NCBI GenBank assembly: GCA_964431885.1
Contig: CAYSLK010000138.1
Location: forward strand, 1 to 59,011
DNA from: an uncultured Dehalococcoidia bacterium
GTDB taxonomy: Bacteria; Chloroflexota; Dehalococcoidia; Lucifugimonadales; CAUZEB01
Direction of reading: 5' to 3'
DNA: 59,011 nt
The translations under genes and the position numbers were made by a program. The notes beneath the pieces were generated by a model, which saw only the letters and a program-made list of their open reading frames with translations, was not told the origin of the DNA and did no database searches. Below are positions 9,658-19,617 of this stretch, piece after piece. Within the stretch, counting starts at the first letter, position 1. Each line of letters starts with the position of its first letter.

Positions 9658-10422
9658 TTAGTGCGCCAACAATCCCCCTTCTATAGGCAATACTGTTCCG
9701 TTGAGAAAAGTTGACTCTTCCGAACATAGCCATATCACTGCCGAAGCGACTTCCTCAGGTACTCCAAGGCGACCTAAAGGATAGTTTTTCAAAATTATCT
9801 CAGTCTGGTTTGGATTACTGTTCACAATGTCCTCCACCATAGGAGTATATATGTAACCTGGGCATACGGCGTTGACTCTAATGCCTCTACTTGCGTACTC
9901 TAGAGCTGCGACTTTCGTCAAACCTATGACAGCATGTTTTGATGCCGTGTACGCCAATTCTCCAGAGCTGGCAATCAATCCATTAGCCGATGAATTGTTA
10001 ACAATAACACCATGTCCTTGTCTCAGCATTTGGTCAATTTGATATTTCATACATAACCAAACACCCTTGAGATTAACATTAATGACTTTATTCCACTCGT
10101 CTTCCGGATATTGATGTGTGATTAAGTCAACCCCTAGATATCCTGCATTGTTGAACGCATAGTCTATGGTTCCAAAGGTATCCACGACCGTTCTCACTGC
10201 GTAAGCCACATCCTTATTTTTTGACACGTCTCCCTCTACAAAGGTAGCGTCCCTTCCATAGATCTCTCGAATCGTTTTAACGACGTTTTTACCTTCTCTA
10301 GACCTACGTGCCATTATGACCACTGTAGCTCCCATTCTAGCGAAATTTATGGCAGTTGCCTTACCTATTCCAGAATTGCCTCCAGTTATGAACGCAATCT
10401 TTCCTTCAAATATTTCGACCAT
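9658..10422 (-). CDS. SDR-family oxidoreductase
   Basis: ITGGNSGIGKAT and YTASKHA motifs; a paralogue of the neighbouring SDR. Confidence 0.9.
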   Translation of the reverse strand: MVEIFEGKIAFITGGNSGIGKATAINFARMGATVVIMARRSREGKNVVKTIREIYGRDATFVEGDVSKNKDVAYAVRTVVDTFGTIDYAFNNAGYLGVDLITHQYPEDEWNKVINVNLKGVWLCMKYQIDQMLRQGHGVIVNNSSANGLIASSGELAYTASKHAVIGLTKVAALEYASRGIRVNAVCPGYIYTPMVEDIVNSNPNQTEIILKNYPLGRLGVPEEVASAVIWLCSEESTFLNGTVLPIEGGLLAH

Positions 10423-10457
10423 CTGTGGATCCTACTCCATGGATAATTTATCATTCT

Positions 10458-11495
10458 TTAGGGTTTACACGCCTTCATCACAGCCCTCACAGATGCTAGT
10501 GACGGGCGCGCGCTAACCACTCTTACAATTGCAGTATCTAGTCCCTGAGCTAAAGAGGTGAGTGCCTTGCTAGCACCTTCCGGCTTACCATAATATCCTA
10601 CACTTAGAAGTAATTCTGGGGGGAATGCCTCTATGATCTCGGAACGTGGTGCTCCATCCACTCGCATTTTGTCTATTCTCTTAAGAGTGTCAGAAAATCC
10701 GATTCGCTCAAAATGAGCTCTGTATCCCATTCGTCTCTCTTGGGAAGTTGGTACACGAGCACCAAGAGCATAGGGCATAAGTGATTTCGTGAAGGCTTCT
10801 CTAGCTAATTCCACGTCGTCGTCTATGCAAACGCGTATATACTCAACGGTCTTTATCTCGGATGGATCTCGGCCTGAAATGGTAGCACCTTCTGCAATCT
10901 TCTCTTTGCTCCAGACTCTCTGCTCAGGTGTGCACCAATTAAGTGCGGCACCATCAGCGAGTTCTCCAGCTAACTTCAACATCTTGGGACCTAAAGAACC
11001 TAGGTATATTGGTGTGCGCGGTGGAGGCCTTATGCCCAACCTAACATCAGTCAAGGTAACCACTTCACCTCTATAATCCAACTTCTCTCCAGACAGTAGC
11101 AAACGAAGGGTTGTCAAATAATCTCTCATCATCGAAAGAGCTGAAATATCAGGAAGTCCCATGCTAAGACGCGATGCAGATTGGTATACGGATCCAGCAC
11201 CTATTCCCAAGATAAACTTACCACCGGTTAATTCACTCAAGGTTCCACCGCTCATCGCTAAAGCAACTGGAGAACGGTACATCACCGGAACTACGGATAT
11301 ACCTGTGGTCAAACCTGTAGATGCTTCCCGTTGACTAGCTCTCCAACGATGGGCACAAACCTGAAAAGAGTCCCGGCCTGTCGTCTCAGGTGTCCAAATA
11401 CTGGTATATCCAAGTCTCGCAGCTTCGTATGCCATCTCTGCTTCATCCTCAAAGGATAACCGTAGAGAAGCATCTAATCCAAGCCCTATATCCAT
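10458..11495 (-). CDS. LLM-class (luciferase-like) flavin/F420-dependent oxidoreductase
   Basis: The N-terminus MDIGLGLD...EAARLGYTSIWTPE and overall TIM-barrel LLM pattern (LGIGAG, GPKMLKLAGELADG). Confidence 0.85.
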   Translation of the reverse strand: MDIGLGLDASLRLSFEDEAEMAYEAARLGYTSIWTPETTGRDSFQVCAHRWRASQREASTGLTTGISVVPVMYRSPVALAMSGGTLSELTGGKFILGIGAGSVYQSASRLSMGLPDISALSMMRDYLTTLRLLLSGEKLDYRGEVVTLTDVRLGIRPPPRTPIYLGSLGPKMLKLAGELADGAALNWCTPEQRVWSKEKIAEGATISGRDPSEIKTVEYIRVCIDDDVELAREAFTKSLMPYALGARVPTSQERRMGYRAHFERIGFSDTLKRIDKMRVDGAPRSEIIEAFPPELLLSVGYYGKPEGASKALTSLAQGLDTAIVRVVSARPSLASVRAVMKACKP

Positions 11496-11576
11496 TTAAC
11501 TGTCCTCTGTTTGAAATCCGTAAACGATTATTAAATACTTTCTATTTGTTTGGCCGGTGAATGTAAAAGGGAAATT

Positions 11577-12473
11577 TCACTTTCCACTAATCTTTATACC
11601 AGCCATATCTTCGATTATATTCGCAATGGCAGAATGGTCAGCATCACCCTTTCCTGCGTTTATCAACGCACCCAGCATTTGTTGAACTAGACTAGTTACA
11701 GGTAATGGTACTCCCAATTCCTTACCAGTAAGTAAAGCATTATGCAAATCTTTCTGATGAAGTCTGACTCTGAAACCAGGTGCGAAATTTCCTTCGGCCA
11801 TCATTGGAGCTTTCGCATTCATTACAGTACTTCCAGCCAATCCGCCTTTAATAGCGTCGAAAACAGTTGTCGGATTTAACCCAGCTTTTGTAGCCAACAC
11901 CAGTGCTTCTGACAGAGCTTCGATGTTCGCTGCAACAATAATTTGATTAGCCAGCTTCGTAGTGTTGCCAGCTCCATAATCGCCGCAAAGAACAATGCTT
12001 CCACCCATGGAGGTCAAAAGCTCATATTGTCTGTCGAAGACTTCTCGTTTGCCTCCTACCATAACAGCTAGGGTGCCAGATATTGCGCCCGGTTCCCCTC
12101 CACTGACAGGGGCATCTAAAAACCCAACATCATTCGCCTCACACTCTGTCGCTATTTTTTGAGAACTTAGTGGTGCTATAGAACTCATATCTATAACCAC
12201 CTTTCCTTGAGATGCTCCTTCCAAAACACCATTTTCGCCCAGTATTACTCTCTCAGAATCTGCAGAATCTGGGACCATCGTAATCACTACATCAGATTGT
12301 TCTGCAACCTCTTTCGCAGATGAAGCCGCATTAGCGCCATCTCCCACCACTTCTTCTACGGCAGAACCAATAATGTCATATACAATAAGTGAATAGCCCG
12401 CCTTCATAATATTACGGGCCATGGGCTTACCCATGATACCTAAGCCAACTAGTCCAATCCTATCATCAGCCAT
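11577..12473 (-). CDS. beta-hydroxyacid dehydrogenase (2-hydroxy-3-oxopropionate / 3-hydroxyisobutyrate reductase family)
   Basis: GLVGLGIMGKPMARN NAD-binding motif, DAPVSGG, GAGNTTKLANQ. Confidence 0.9.
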   Translation of the reverse strand: MADDRIGLVGLGIMGKPMARNIMKAGYSLIVYDIIGSAVEEVVGDGANAASSAKEVAEQSDVVITMVPDSADSERVILGENGVLEGASQGKVVIDMSSIAPLSSQKIATECEANDVGFLDAPVSGGEPGAISGTLAVMVGGKREVFDRQYELLTSMGGSIVLCGDYGAGNTTKLANQIIVAANIEALSEALVLATKAGLNPTTVFDAIKGGLAGSTVMNAKAPMMAEGNFAPGFRVRLHQKDLHNALLTGKELGVPLPVTSLVQQMLGALINAGKGDADHSAIANIIEDMAGIKISGK

Positions 12474-12656
12474 CGAATTCTCCTTTCTTTTACTATCTCT
12501 TTCGTCAGTCTTAATTTAGATTATTAACTACAGTCCTCAGTGAAATCATTGTTTCTATTACTAAAGTTCATTCACACATTATTAGGTAACAAACTATTAT
12601 GGTCAAGTGCTCATTTTCTTTAGCCAAGAACTAGACATTTGTTCAATGGAAAAAGA

Positions 12657-12685
12657 TTGACGTCTTCGAACAGTATAGATAGTAT
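12657..12685 (+). promoter_or_regulatory. candidate sigma70-type promoter
   Basis: TTGACG (12657-12662), a 17 nt spacer, then TAGTAT (12680-12685), upstream of ORF 12763. This is pattern match only. Confidence 0.25.
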
Positions 12686-12762
12686 TGGATCGTTAACTCT
12701 ATTATTCTTCCTAAAGATAAAGAATAGATGAGTGAGGTTTCAATTTCATTTCGATTCTCGGT

Positions 12763-13092
12763 GTGCATACTTTGACTAAAGACATTGTTAGATGGCCACA
12801 AATAAGAGACATCCTCAATAGGATAATGGTCCGATGGGAAAGTAGGGAAGGCAGGAAAGGATTGCCTGGAATTCACGGTTACTACTGGGACAGCCCGCAA
12901 GCCCTGGCTAATGATTCAGCCATGGGAACTAGGTTTATTGAACCTGGCGTACCAGGAGCAGAAACTGCGCTAGTCGTCTCTCTCAAAAAAGGGTTCGGAA
13001 GTATCCCAAAAATGCCGATGAACGGTCCATTTCTAATCGAAGAAGAGATTCAGATCATCGCTAAGTGGATAGACAATGGTATGCCTGACTAG
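12763..13092 (+). CDS. hypothetical protein
   Basis: 109 aa ORF with GTG start. Its C-terminus (KMPMNGPFLIEEEIQIIAKWIDNGMP) is reminiscent of the tail of planctomycete-type cytochrome c domains, but no CxxCH is present. Confidence 0.5.
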   Translation: MHTLTKDIVRWPQIRDILNRIMVRWESREGRKGLPGIHGYYWDSPQALANDSAMGTRFIEPGVPGAETALVVSLKKGFGSIPKMPMNGPFLIEEEIQIIAKWIDNGMPD

Positions 13093-13149
13093 CTATTAAA
13101 TAAGTCAATCATTAGGCCTTATTCTGATATACAAAGGGACTCTGTCAAT

Positions 13150-14127
13150 ATGACCGATGCTAAAATAGTTTTTATCCATGGACTACCAAAATCAATCGTC
13201 GACGTTATTATCTCATATACCCCTCAAGGGTTTGTTACTAACCCCGTGGATGGGAGTTTACCAGAATCCGAACAGATAGAAGCTGTAGCGGAAGCAGATT
13301 TTATCATTGTCTACAGAGCTCAGCCTTCAGACATAGTATTACAATCAGCAAAAAAAACGAAACTTGTCCAACTGTTAGCAGCTGGATATGACACTATGAA
13401 TCTGAAACTCCTATCCGAACTCAAGATACCATGTTCAAATAACGGGGGTGCAAACTCGTGGGCTGTAGCTGACCATACAGTCCTACTAATGCTATCTCTA
13501 TACAGGCAACTCATTGTCGCCGAGAAATCTGTTCGAAGAGGAACTTGGAATGCACCAATAACAGGAACGAACACTTTCGAGATGGCAGGGAAACTGATCG
13601 GAATCATAGGTATGGGGAATATAGGCAGACTAGTTGCAAAAAGAGTCCTTTCATTCGATGCTAAGGTTCAATATTACGACAAATTTCTCTTAAATAACTC
13701 GCTTGAACCCGAAATAACTGCTCGAAGTGTTTCGCTTGACGAACTATGTAAGACGTCAGATGTCATCAGTTGCCATACTCCTCTGACACCCGACTCGCTT
13801 CATCTCGTAAACCACGATCGTATCTCTAAAATGAAGGAGACGGCAATGATTGTAAATACGAGTAGAGGTCCTGTCGTGGATGAACAAGCTCTTATAGAAG
13901 CATTGATGGAAGGTAGGATTGCTGGCTCCGGTTTGGACGTCTTCGAGCTTGAGCCGGTAGACCAAAATAACCCTTTGTTAAGAATGGATAATGTTGTGAT
14001 CACTCCACACATGGCAGGAACAACATGGAATACATGGTTCAGAAGAGCAGAATTTGCATACGCAAATATAAAGCGGGTTTGGGCTGGGGATCAGCCGCTT
14101 GCAAAAGCTGAGATTGACAAAGAGTGA
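13150..14127 (+). CDS. D-isomer-specific 2-hydroxyacid dehydrogenase
   Basis: GIIGMGNIGRLVAKR, NTSRGPVVDEQAL, GLDVFELEP, TPHMAG. Confidence 0.9.
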   Translation: MTDAKIVFIHGLPKSIVDVIISYTPQGFVTNPVDGSLPESEQIEAVAEADFIIVYRAQPSDIVLQSAKKTKLVQLLAAGYDTMNLKLLSELKIPCSNNGGANSWAVADHTVLLMLSLYRQLIVAEKSVRRGTWNAPITGTNTFEMAGKLIGIIGMGNIGRLVAKRVLSFDAKVQYYDKFLLNNSLEPEITARSVSLDELCKTSDVISCHTPLTPDSLHLVNHDRISKMKETAMIVNTSRGPVVDEQALIEALMEGRIAGSGLDVFELEPVDQNNPLLRMDNVVITPHMAGTTWNTWFRRAEFAYANIKRVWAGDQPLAKAEIDKE

Positions 14128-14148
14128 AACTAATCTGGGAGCTATAAA

Positions 14149-15777
14149 ATGGTACTAATGAGAGGATCACAACTCCTAGTGAATCAATTGTATTCAGAAG
14201 GAATAGACACAGTATTTTCACTTCCGGGCGTTCAAATCATGTCCGTCTTTGATAGTTTATATGAATTCAGAGATAGGATTAGATTAATTCAAACAAGACA
14301 CGAACAGGCTACTACTTATATGGCTGACGGATACGCTAAAGCTAGTGGTAAGCCCGCCGCGGCTATCGTTGTACCTGGTCCTGGACTGTTAAACGCTACA
14401 GCTGGTCTAGGTACAGCCTATTCTTCTTCATCTCCTGTTTTACTCATCTCTGGTCAGATTCAAAGTGACTCCATAGGAAAACAGAAAGGGGAACTGCATG
14501 AAATCGACGATCAACTGGATATTGTCGAACCTATTACCAAATGGAACCAGCGAGTCACGAAAACAGAAGATATACCTGAGGCAATCCATAATGCAATGCA
14601 TGAATTAAAAACAGGGCGTCCCAGACCGGTAGAATTAGAAATACCGTATGATTTCCTAACTGATACAGTCGAAACGAACCTTATGGCACCATCAGAATAT
14701 CCTCGCAAGGAAGGTTCACAAAACAATATTCAAAAGGCTGTGCAGTTATTGTCCAGTTCTGAAAATCCCACTATAATCGCCGGCGGCGGTACAACTATCT
14801 CGGATGCTTCAAGTGAATTATTAGAGTTGGCGGAACTTCTTCAAGCGCCTATTCTTACAACTAACCAGGCAAAAGGGATAATACCAAGTGATCACTATCT
14901 CAACATGGGAACAGAATTTGCGGGATTAGGCCCTGGAGAGAGAATCATCCCCTACAGTGATGTTGTAATCGGAATAGGTACTCGATTCATGACTGATTTT
15001 ACTATTAATAAAGAGCAAAGGATTATCCAGGTAAATATAGATCCAGATGAGTTAGGTAGGAATACTCGATGTGATATAGGAATCTTAGGAGATGCCAAAA
15101 CCATTGTCAGACAGATTCTAAATAATCTCCAATCTAGAGTAAAACAGAGACGATCGCGTAAAGATAGCATGATTCAACAGAAAAAGGAGTACAGGAAAGA
15201 GCTAAAAGAGATAGCACCAGCTCAAATGGAAATAGTAGAAATACTCCAGAATACACTGCCAGGAAATTCCATTCTTGTAGGTGGTATTACCAATGCAGCT
15301 TACTGGAACCATTTAGCATATGAGGTACGTAATCCAAGATCATATTTAACCTCGTCTTATTTTGGCACCCTAGGTTATGCTTTCCCGACCGCGTTAGGTG
15401 CGAAAATTGCACAACCTGAAAAACCCGTAGTCTCAATTTCCGGGGACGGTGGTTTCATGTTCAGTGCTCAGGAATTATCCACCGCCGTGAAATACAAAAT
15501 TAATATCGTTGCCCTGGTATTTAACAACAATGCATATGGAGCGTCTAGAAGAGATCAGACTGACAATTATGAAGAACGTTACATAGGTACAGATCTGTTT
15601 AACCCTGATTTTAAAGCGATGGCTGAATCATTTGGGGCCATAGGATTAAGATCAGATATAAAAGGGCTACCTAAAACTTTGGATATTGCGCTGAATGCGA
15701 ATGCCCCGGTCCTATTAGAAGTTCAAGTACCCATAATGCCAGTACCATCGCCTTCACTTAGAACGGAGAACCACTAA
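14149..15777 (+). CDS. thiamine-diphosphate-dependent enzyme (acetolactate synthase large-subunit-like), paralogue 1
   Basis: N-terminal Pyr domain (RHEQATTYMADGYAKASGKP, VPGPGLLNATAG) and C-terminal PP domain (ISGDGGFMF...NNNAYG). Confidence 0.9.
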   Translation: MVLMRGSQLLVNQLYSEGIDTVFSLPGVQIMSVFDSLYEFRDRIRLIQTRHEQATTYMADGYAKASGKPAAAIVVPGPGLLNATAGLGTAYSSSSPVLLISGQIQSDSIGKQKGELHEIDDQLDIVEPITKWNQRVTKTEDIPEAIHNAMHELKTGRPRPVELEIPYDFLTDTVETNLMAPSEYPRKEGSQNNIQKAVQLLSSSENPTIIAGGGTTISDASSELLELAELLQAPILTTNQAKGIIPSDHYLNMGTEFAGLGPGERIIPYSDVVIGIGTRFMTDFTINKEQRIIQVNIDPDELGRNTRCDIGILGDAKTIVRQILNNLQSRVKQRRSRKDSMIQQKKEYRKELKEIAPAQMEIVEILQNTLPGNSILVGGITNAAYWNHLAYEVRNPRSYLTSSYFGTLGYAFPTALGAKIAQPEKPVVSISGDGGFMFSAQELSTAVKYKINIVALVFNNNAYGASRRDQTDNYEERYIGTDLFNPDFKAMAESFGAIGLRSDIKGLPKTLDIALNANAPVLLEVQVPIMPVPSPSLRTENH

Positions 15778-17399
15778 TGGTTAAACTAACCGGAGCCGAA
15801 GCCCTTGTACAACAATTACAAAAAGAAAAAGTAACTACTATCTTCGGGTTGCCAGGCTTCCAGATCATGGAAGTGTTTGATGCTCTCTACGGAGCTCGCG
15901 ACAAAATTCAATTAATACATACTCGCCATGAACAAGCAACCTCCTTCATGGCTGATGGATATGCTAAAGTTACAGGAAAACCAGGTGTTGCCTTAGTCGT
16001 TCCAGGGCCGGGTGCTCTCAATGCAAGTGCTGGTATCGGAACCGCCTATGCATCGTCATCGCCAGTTCTCTTAATCTCAGGGCAAATACCAAGAGCATCC
16101 CTTGGTTTAAGAAAAGGTGAAACACACGAAATTGAGGATCAACTCGACTCATTTCGAGCTATAACGAAATGGAATCATCGTGTAGAAAAAGTTGCCGAGA
16201 TTCCAACCGCTGTAAATGAAGCAATCAGGCAATTAAAATCAGGACGGCCTCGTCCTGTAGAATTAGAAGTTCCTTTCGATTTATTCAAGGATTCATCTGA
16301 AGTTGCATTGATAGAGCCTGCGGTTCTTCCTGCCAATCGCGCCCAAACAAGTGATATTACCAGGGCAGTAGACATGCTTATCAAATCCAAGAACCCGACC
16401 ATTATCGCTGGCGGTGGAGCAATAATTGCCAATGCAACAACAGAATTGACAAACCTAGCCGAATTTTTTCAGGCTCCTGTAATAACAACACAAAATGGGA
16501 AAGGTATAATACCAGAGACTCACCATCTTTCCGTTGGAGTGAATTATTACACATTAGGTCCTTCCAAATTGGTTGGCCCTAACTGTGACGTAATTCTTGC
16601 AGTTGGGACTCGTCTTCTCTCAGATCTCCATATCAATAGTTCAACCAAAATAATTCACATTGATATTGACGCATCTGAAATTGCTAGGAATTATCCAACA
16701 CAGACAGAAATCAGTATAGTATCAGACGCGAAGAATGCTTTAGCACAGATGTTACAACAAGCGCAGCGTCTCGACCATCCCAAGCCATCCAGGACCAAAG
16801 AAGTAAATCAATATAGGACGCAATTCAAGAAAGAGATCCGTCTATATGCTCCTGAACAAATGAGCATAATAGACACATTAAGATCCGAACTCAACGACGA
16901 TGCAATCGTCGTCAGTGGAATAACGAACATAGGGTATTGGAGTCATCTAGGCTATCCAGTAAGCCACCCAAGATCCTATATTACATCCTCCTATTTCGCC
17001 ACTCTAGGATTCTCTTTTCCAACAGCCCTCGGAGCAAAGGTTGCCCATCCAGATCGTCAAGTGGTAGCTATTTCTGGAGATGGAGGATTCATGTACTCGT
17101 TTCAAGAGCTTTCAACAGCTGTTAAATATGGAATTAATGTCATCATATTGTTATTTAATAATAATGCCTACGGGGCATCAGAATGGGATCAAACTCACAG
17201 GTACAATAAACACTATCTTGGTACTGATCTGCACAATCCAAACTTCGTTAAATTAGCAAATTCGTTTGGGGTTCAGGCTATAAGGACGGACAGCAACGGC
17301 TTTAAATCTGGCCTCAGAAAAGCATTGAAAGTCGACGCTCCCGTTCTCCTAGAAGTTACTATCCCAACGATGATGCCGCCTTTTCAAATTGTGCAGTAG
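15777..17399 (+). CDS. thiamine-diphosphate-dependent enzyme, paralogue 2
   Basis: Same domain pattern (RHEQATSFMADGYAKVTGKP, ISGDGGFMY...NNNAYG). Its start overlaps the upstream stop (TAATG). Confidence 0.9.
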   Translation: MVKLTGAEALVQQLQKEKVTTIFGLPGFQIMEVFDALYGARDKIQLIHTRHEQATSFMADGYAKVTGKPGVALVVPGPGALNASAGIGTAYASSSPVLLISGQIPRASLGLRKGETHEIEDQLDSFRAITKWNHRVEKVAEIPTAVNEAIRQLKSGRPRPVELEVPFDLFKDSSEVALIEPAVLPANRAQTSDITRAVDMLIKSKNPTIIAGGGAIIANATTELTNLAEFFQAPVITTQNGKGIIPETHHLSVGVNYYTLGPSKLVGPNCDVILAVGTRLLSDLHINSSTKIIHIDIDASEIARNYPTQTEISIVSDAKNALAQMLQQAQRLDHPKPSRTKEVNQYRTQFKKEIRLYAPEQMSIIDTLRSELNDDAIVVSGITNIGYWSHLGYPVSHPRSYITSSYFATLGFSFPTALGAKVAHPDRQVVAISGDGGFMYSFQELSTAVKYGINVIILLFNNNAYGASEWDQTHRYNKHYLGTDLHNPNFVKLANSFGVQAIRTDSNGFKSGLRKALKVDAPVLLEVTIPTMMPPFQIVQ

Positions 17400-17560
17400 C
17401 ATTATAGTACCCTGAAACATGTAATGGTCATTCTAATATTGTCGGAACGAAACAAATTTGTGATAGAATGTGCCCTCTAGATACTTCGCACTAGAAATAA
17501 GTTGCGCCAAAGAGATTCCAGGGTTATTACTAAAATCAGATTCTATTAGGCCTATGAGTC

Positions 17561-18676
17561 TTGTGTAATTCTAAACGACATTCGACATCACACATCGATC
17601 AATCCTCTATAATCAGGAAGACTTCGGAAAAAAGGGAAGAATTGCTTTCTCCCCATGCCTGCAAATCTCAAACGAGTAGAGGCCGAGCAATTTCTGAAAG
17701 TCGATGTAGTATACGAACAGAGTTCCAACGTGACCGTGACCGTATAATTCATAGTAAGAGTTTCCGACGACTAAAACATAAGACACAAGTATTTATAGCC
17801 CCATCTGGAGATCATTTTGTTACACGGCTGACGCATACTTTAGAGGTCGCCCAAATAGCTCGTACGATAGCAAGGGCATTGAATCTCAATGAAGACCTGG
17901 CTGAAGCGATAGCTCTGGGCCATGATTTAGGCCATACCCCATTTGGACACATTGGGGAAGACGAACTAAATTTAATATATAGTAATGGTTTTAGGCACAG
18001 TCAGCAAAGTGTCAGGCTAGTTGAAAAATTAGAGAAAGACGGGAACGGACTAAATTTAACGTGGGAAGTTCGCCAAGGTATAGGACGTCATTCAAAACCG
18101 AGGGGTGATTTCTTGGACCCAAACCTGATTGAGGACCTAACGTTAGAAGGCCAAATCGTCCGAATATCAGACGCAGTAGCTTACCTTAATCATGATCTTG
18201 CCGACGCATTTCGGGCCGGAGTAATTGATCCTTCACAAGTACCAAAGTGCGTTTTTTCGACTCTGGGAGAACGCCATTCTGAGCGTGTGAACACAATGGT
18301 GACCGACATAGTGACAAATTCATGGGCGGCAACGGGACACACTCAAAGTCTTGTATCAGGGGCACCTATCATTACCATGAGTAATAACACTCGGAAAGCA
18401 ATCAATACTTTAAGAGAATTTATGTTCAGTAAAGTTTACGTGCCTGAAGATTTGGGATGCGAAGGTAAGGCAGCACGGAATGTAATTCGTCTCTTATTTT
18501 ATCATTACAAAAATAATCCAGATGCGATTCCTAACGAATATAAAAACGTTTCTGAATTTCGAAATCAAACTACCCTCGACTATATCGCTGGCATGACCGA
18601 TCTATATGCCATTCGCTCTGCTGAATCAATTCAACCTGGTATAGCAAAAGTATTTAAATCAAGGTTTTTGTCATGA
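17561..18676 (+). CDS. dgt: dGTP triphosphohydrolase-like HD-domain protein
   Basis: FQRDRDRIIHSKSFRRLKHKTQVF, TRLTHTLEVAQIAR, HDLGHTPFGH. It sits in the classical position upstream of dnaG-rpoD. Non-ATG start. Confidence 0.85.
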   Translation: MCNSKRHSTSHIDQSSIIRKTSEKREELLSPHACKSQTSRGRAISESRCSIRTEFQRDRDRIIHSKSFRRLKHKTQVFIAPSGDHFVTRLTHTLEVAQIARTIARALNLNEDLAEAIALGHDLGHTPFGHIGEDELNLIYSNGFRHSQQSVRLVEKLEKDGNGLNLTWEVRQGIGRHSKPRGDFLDPNLIEDLTLEGQIVRISDAVAYLNHDLADAFRAGVIDPSQVPKCVFSTLGERHSERVNTMVTDIVTNSWAATGHTQSLVSGAPIITMSNNTRKAINTLREFMFSKVYVPEDLGCEGKAARNVIRLLFYHYKNNPDAIPNEYKNVSEFRNQTTLDYIAGMTDLYAIRSAESIQPGIAKVFKSRFLS

Positions 18677-18933
18677 CTAATACCAGCCCTTCAGATAAGG
18701 TACGATCGAGAACTGTAAAGAATTACATTAAATTGATTTCTGAACATTTAGAGGCCATGCAACGAGATTCACATGGTTTGGAATATGATCCTTGGAAAAA
18801 AGAAGTTGACTTTTTATGGAAGCAGATCTTTTCACTTGTCAATCTTATGAATCCTAGCCTTCAGAAAACCGTTCTAGATTCAATTAGAGAACCATGGACT
18901 TCATATATAACGCATTACGGCATAATGAGGTGA
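18673..18933 (+). CDS. hypothetical protein
   Basis: 86 aa ORF whose ATG overlaps the dgt stop (ATGA). It ends at TGA 18931-18933 (see findings). Confidence 0.5.
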   Translation: MTNTSPSDKVRSRTVKNYIKLISEHLEAMQRDSHGLEYDPWKKEVDFLWKQIFSLVNLMNPSLQKTVLDSIREPWTSYITHYGIMR

Positions 18934-19023
18934 AAATCACTAGATACGTGCCTTGATGCCAAGGTTAGATATTTAAAAACTGGCATTTTTATATTAGAAC
19001 AGTCGCCGAGAAAGGAACTTCCC

Positions 19024-19380
19024 ATGAATTATAACCGTGACAACCAAAATGATTTGGCCAATCCTGACTTAAAGCAAGCCCGAATAACTGCCAATACTGC
19101 CCATAATATAGTAATTAAATTTAAAGAAATGGGACTCCCGGAAACCTTAGACAAAGAATTGGCAAACATAAGTACCGACCTTGGTGATCTACTTAATGCC
19201 CAAACCTTATTATCGGATCAGATATCGAACGTTTTTAAATGCCAAAATAACTGGGAGGTTATAGCCAATCTCCTAGTGGATATCAGATCAAATATTGAAC
19301 ACATTAGTTGGCATCAAAAAAATATCAAAAGTCCACTTGCTAAGATAGCACGCTATGCATACAGTCAATCATCGCAGTGA
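19024..19380 (+). CDS. hypothetical protein
   Basis: 118 aa ORF with an AAAGGA RBS-like motif upstream. It is in the same frame as the preceding ORF with no other stop between them. Confidence 0.5.
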   Translation: MNYNRDNQNDLANPDLKQARITANTAHNIVIKFKEMGLPETLDKELANISTDLGDLLNAQTLLSDQISNVFKCQNNWEVIANLLVDIRSNIEHISWHQKNIKSPLAKIARYAYSQSSQ

Positions 19381-19617
19381 TTACCCTCTAATGAGCTTAA
19401 TGACAACTCATTACTCAGCGAGTCCAAACACATTGAATCGGTTTCTGTTAACATCTATGGAAACTTACCTGAGTTTTGATAATACCGGTGGTGAAAAGGA
19501 CATGCCCATCTATAATTGGGTACTGAACTACTAGAATCGCAAATGGCTCCCAGCTAGTATCCTAACGTAAGTACAAGCGGTCCTATCTATAAATCAGTAG
19601 CCTTAATTGCTTCATAG

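Noticed and set aside
11496-11579. TGA stop of the beta-hydroxyacid dehydrogenase followed by 27 open codons up to the next gene
   Set aside because: The protein is already full length at the TGA. The extension (NFPFTFTGQTNRKYLIIVYGFQTEDS) has no homologous meaning and ends at a TAA next to the LLM start.
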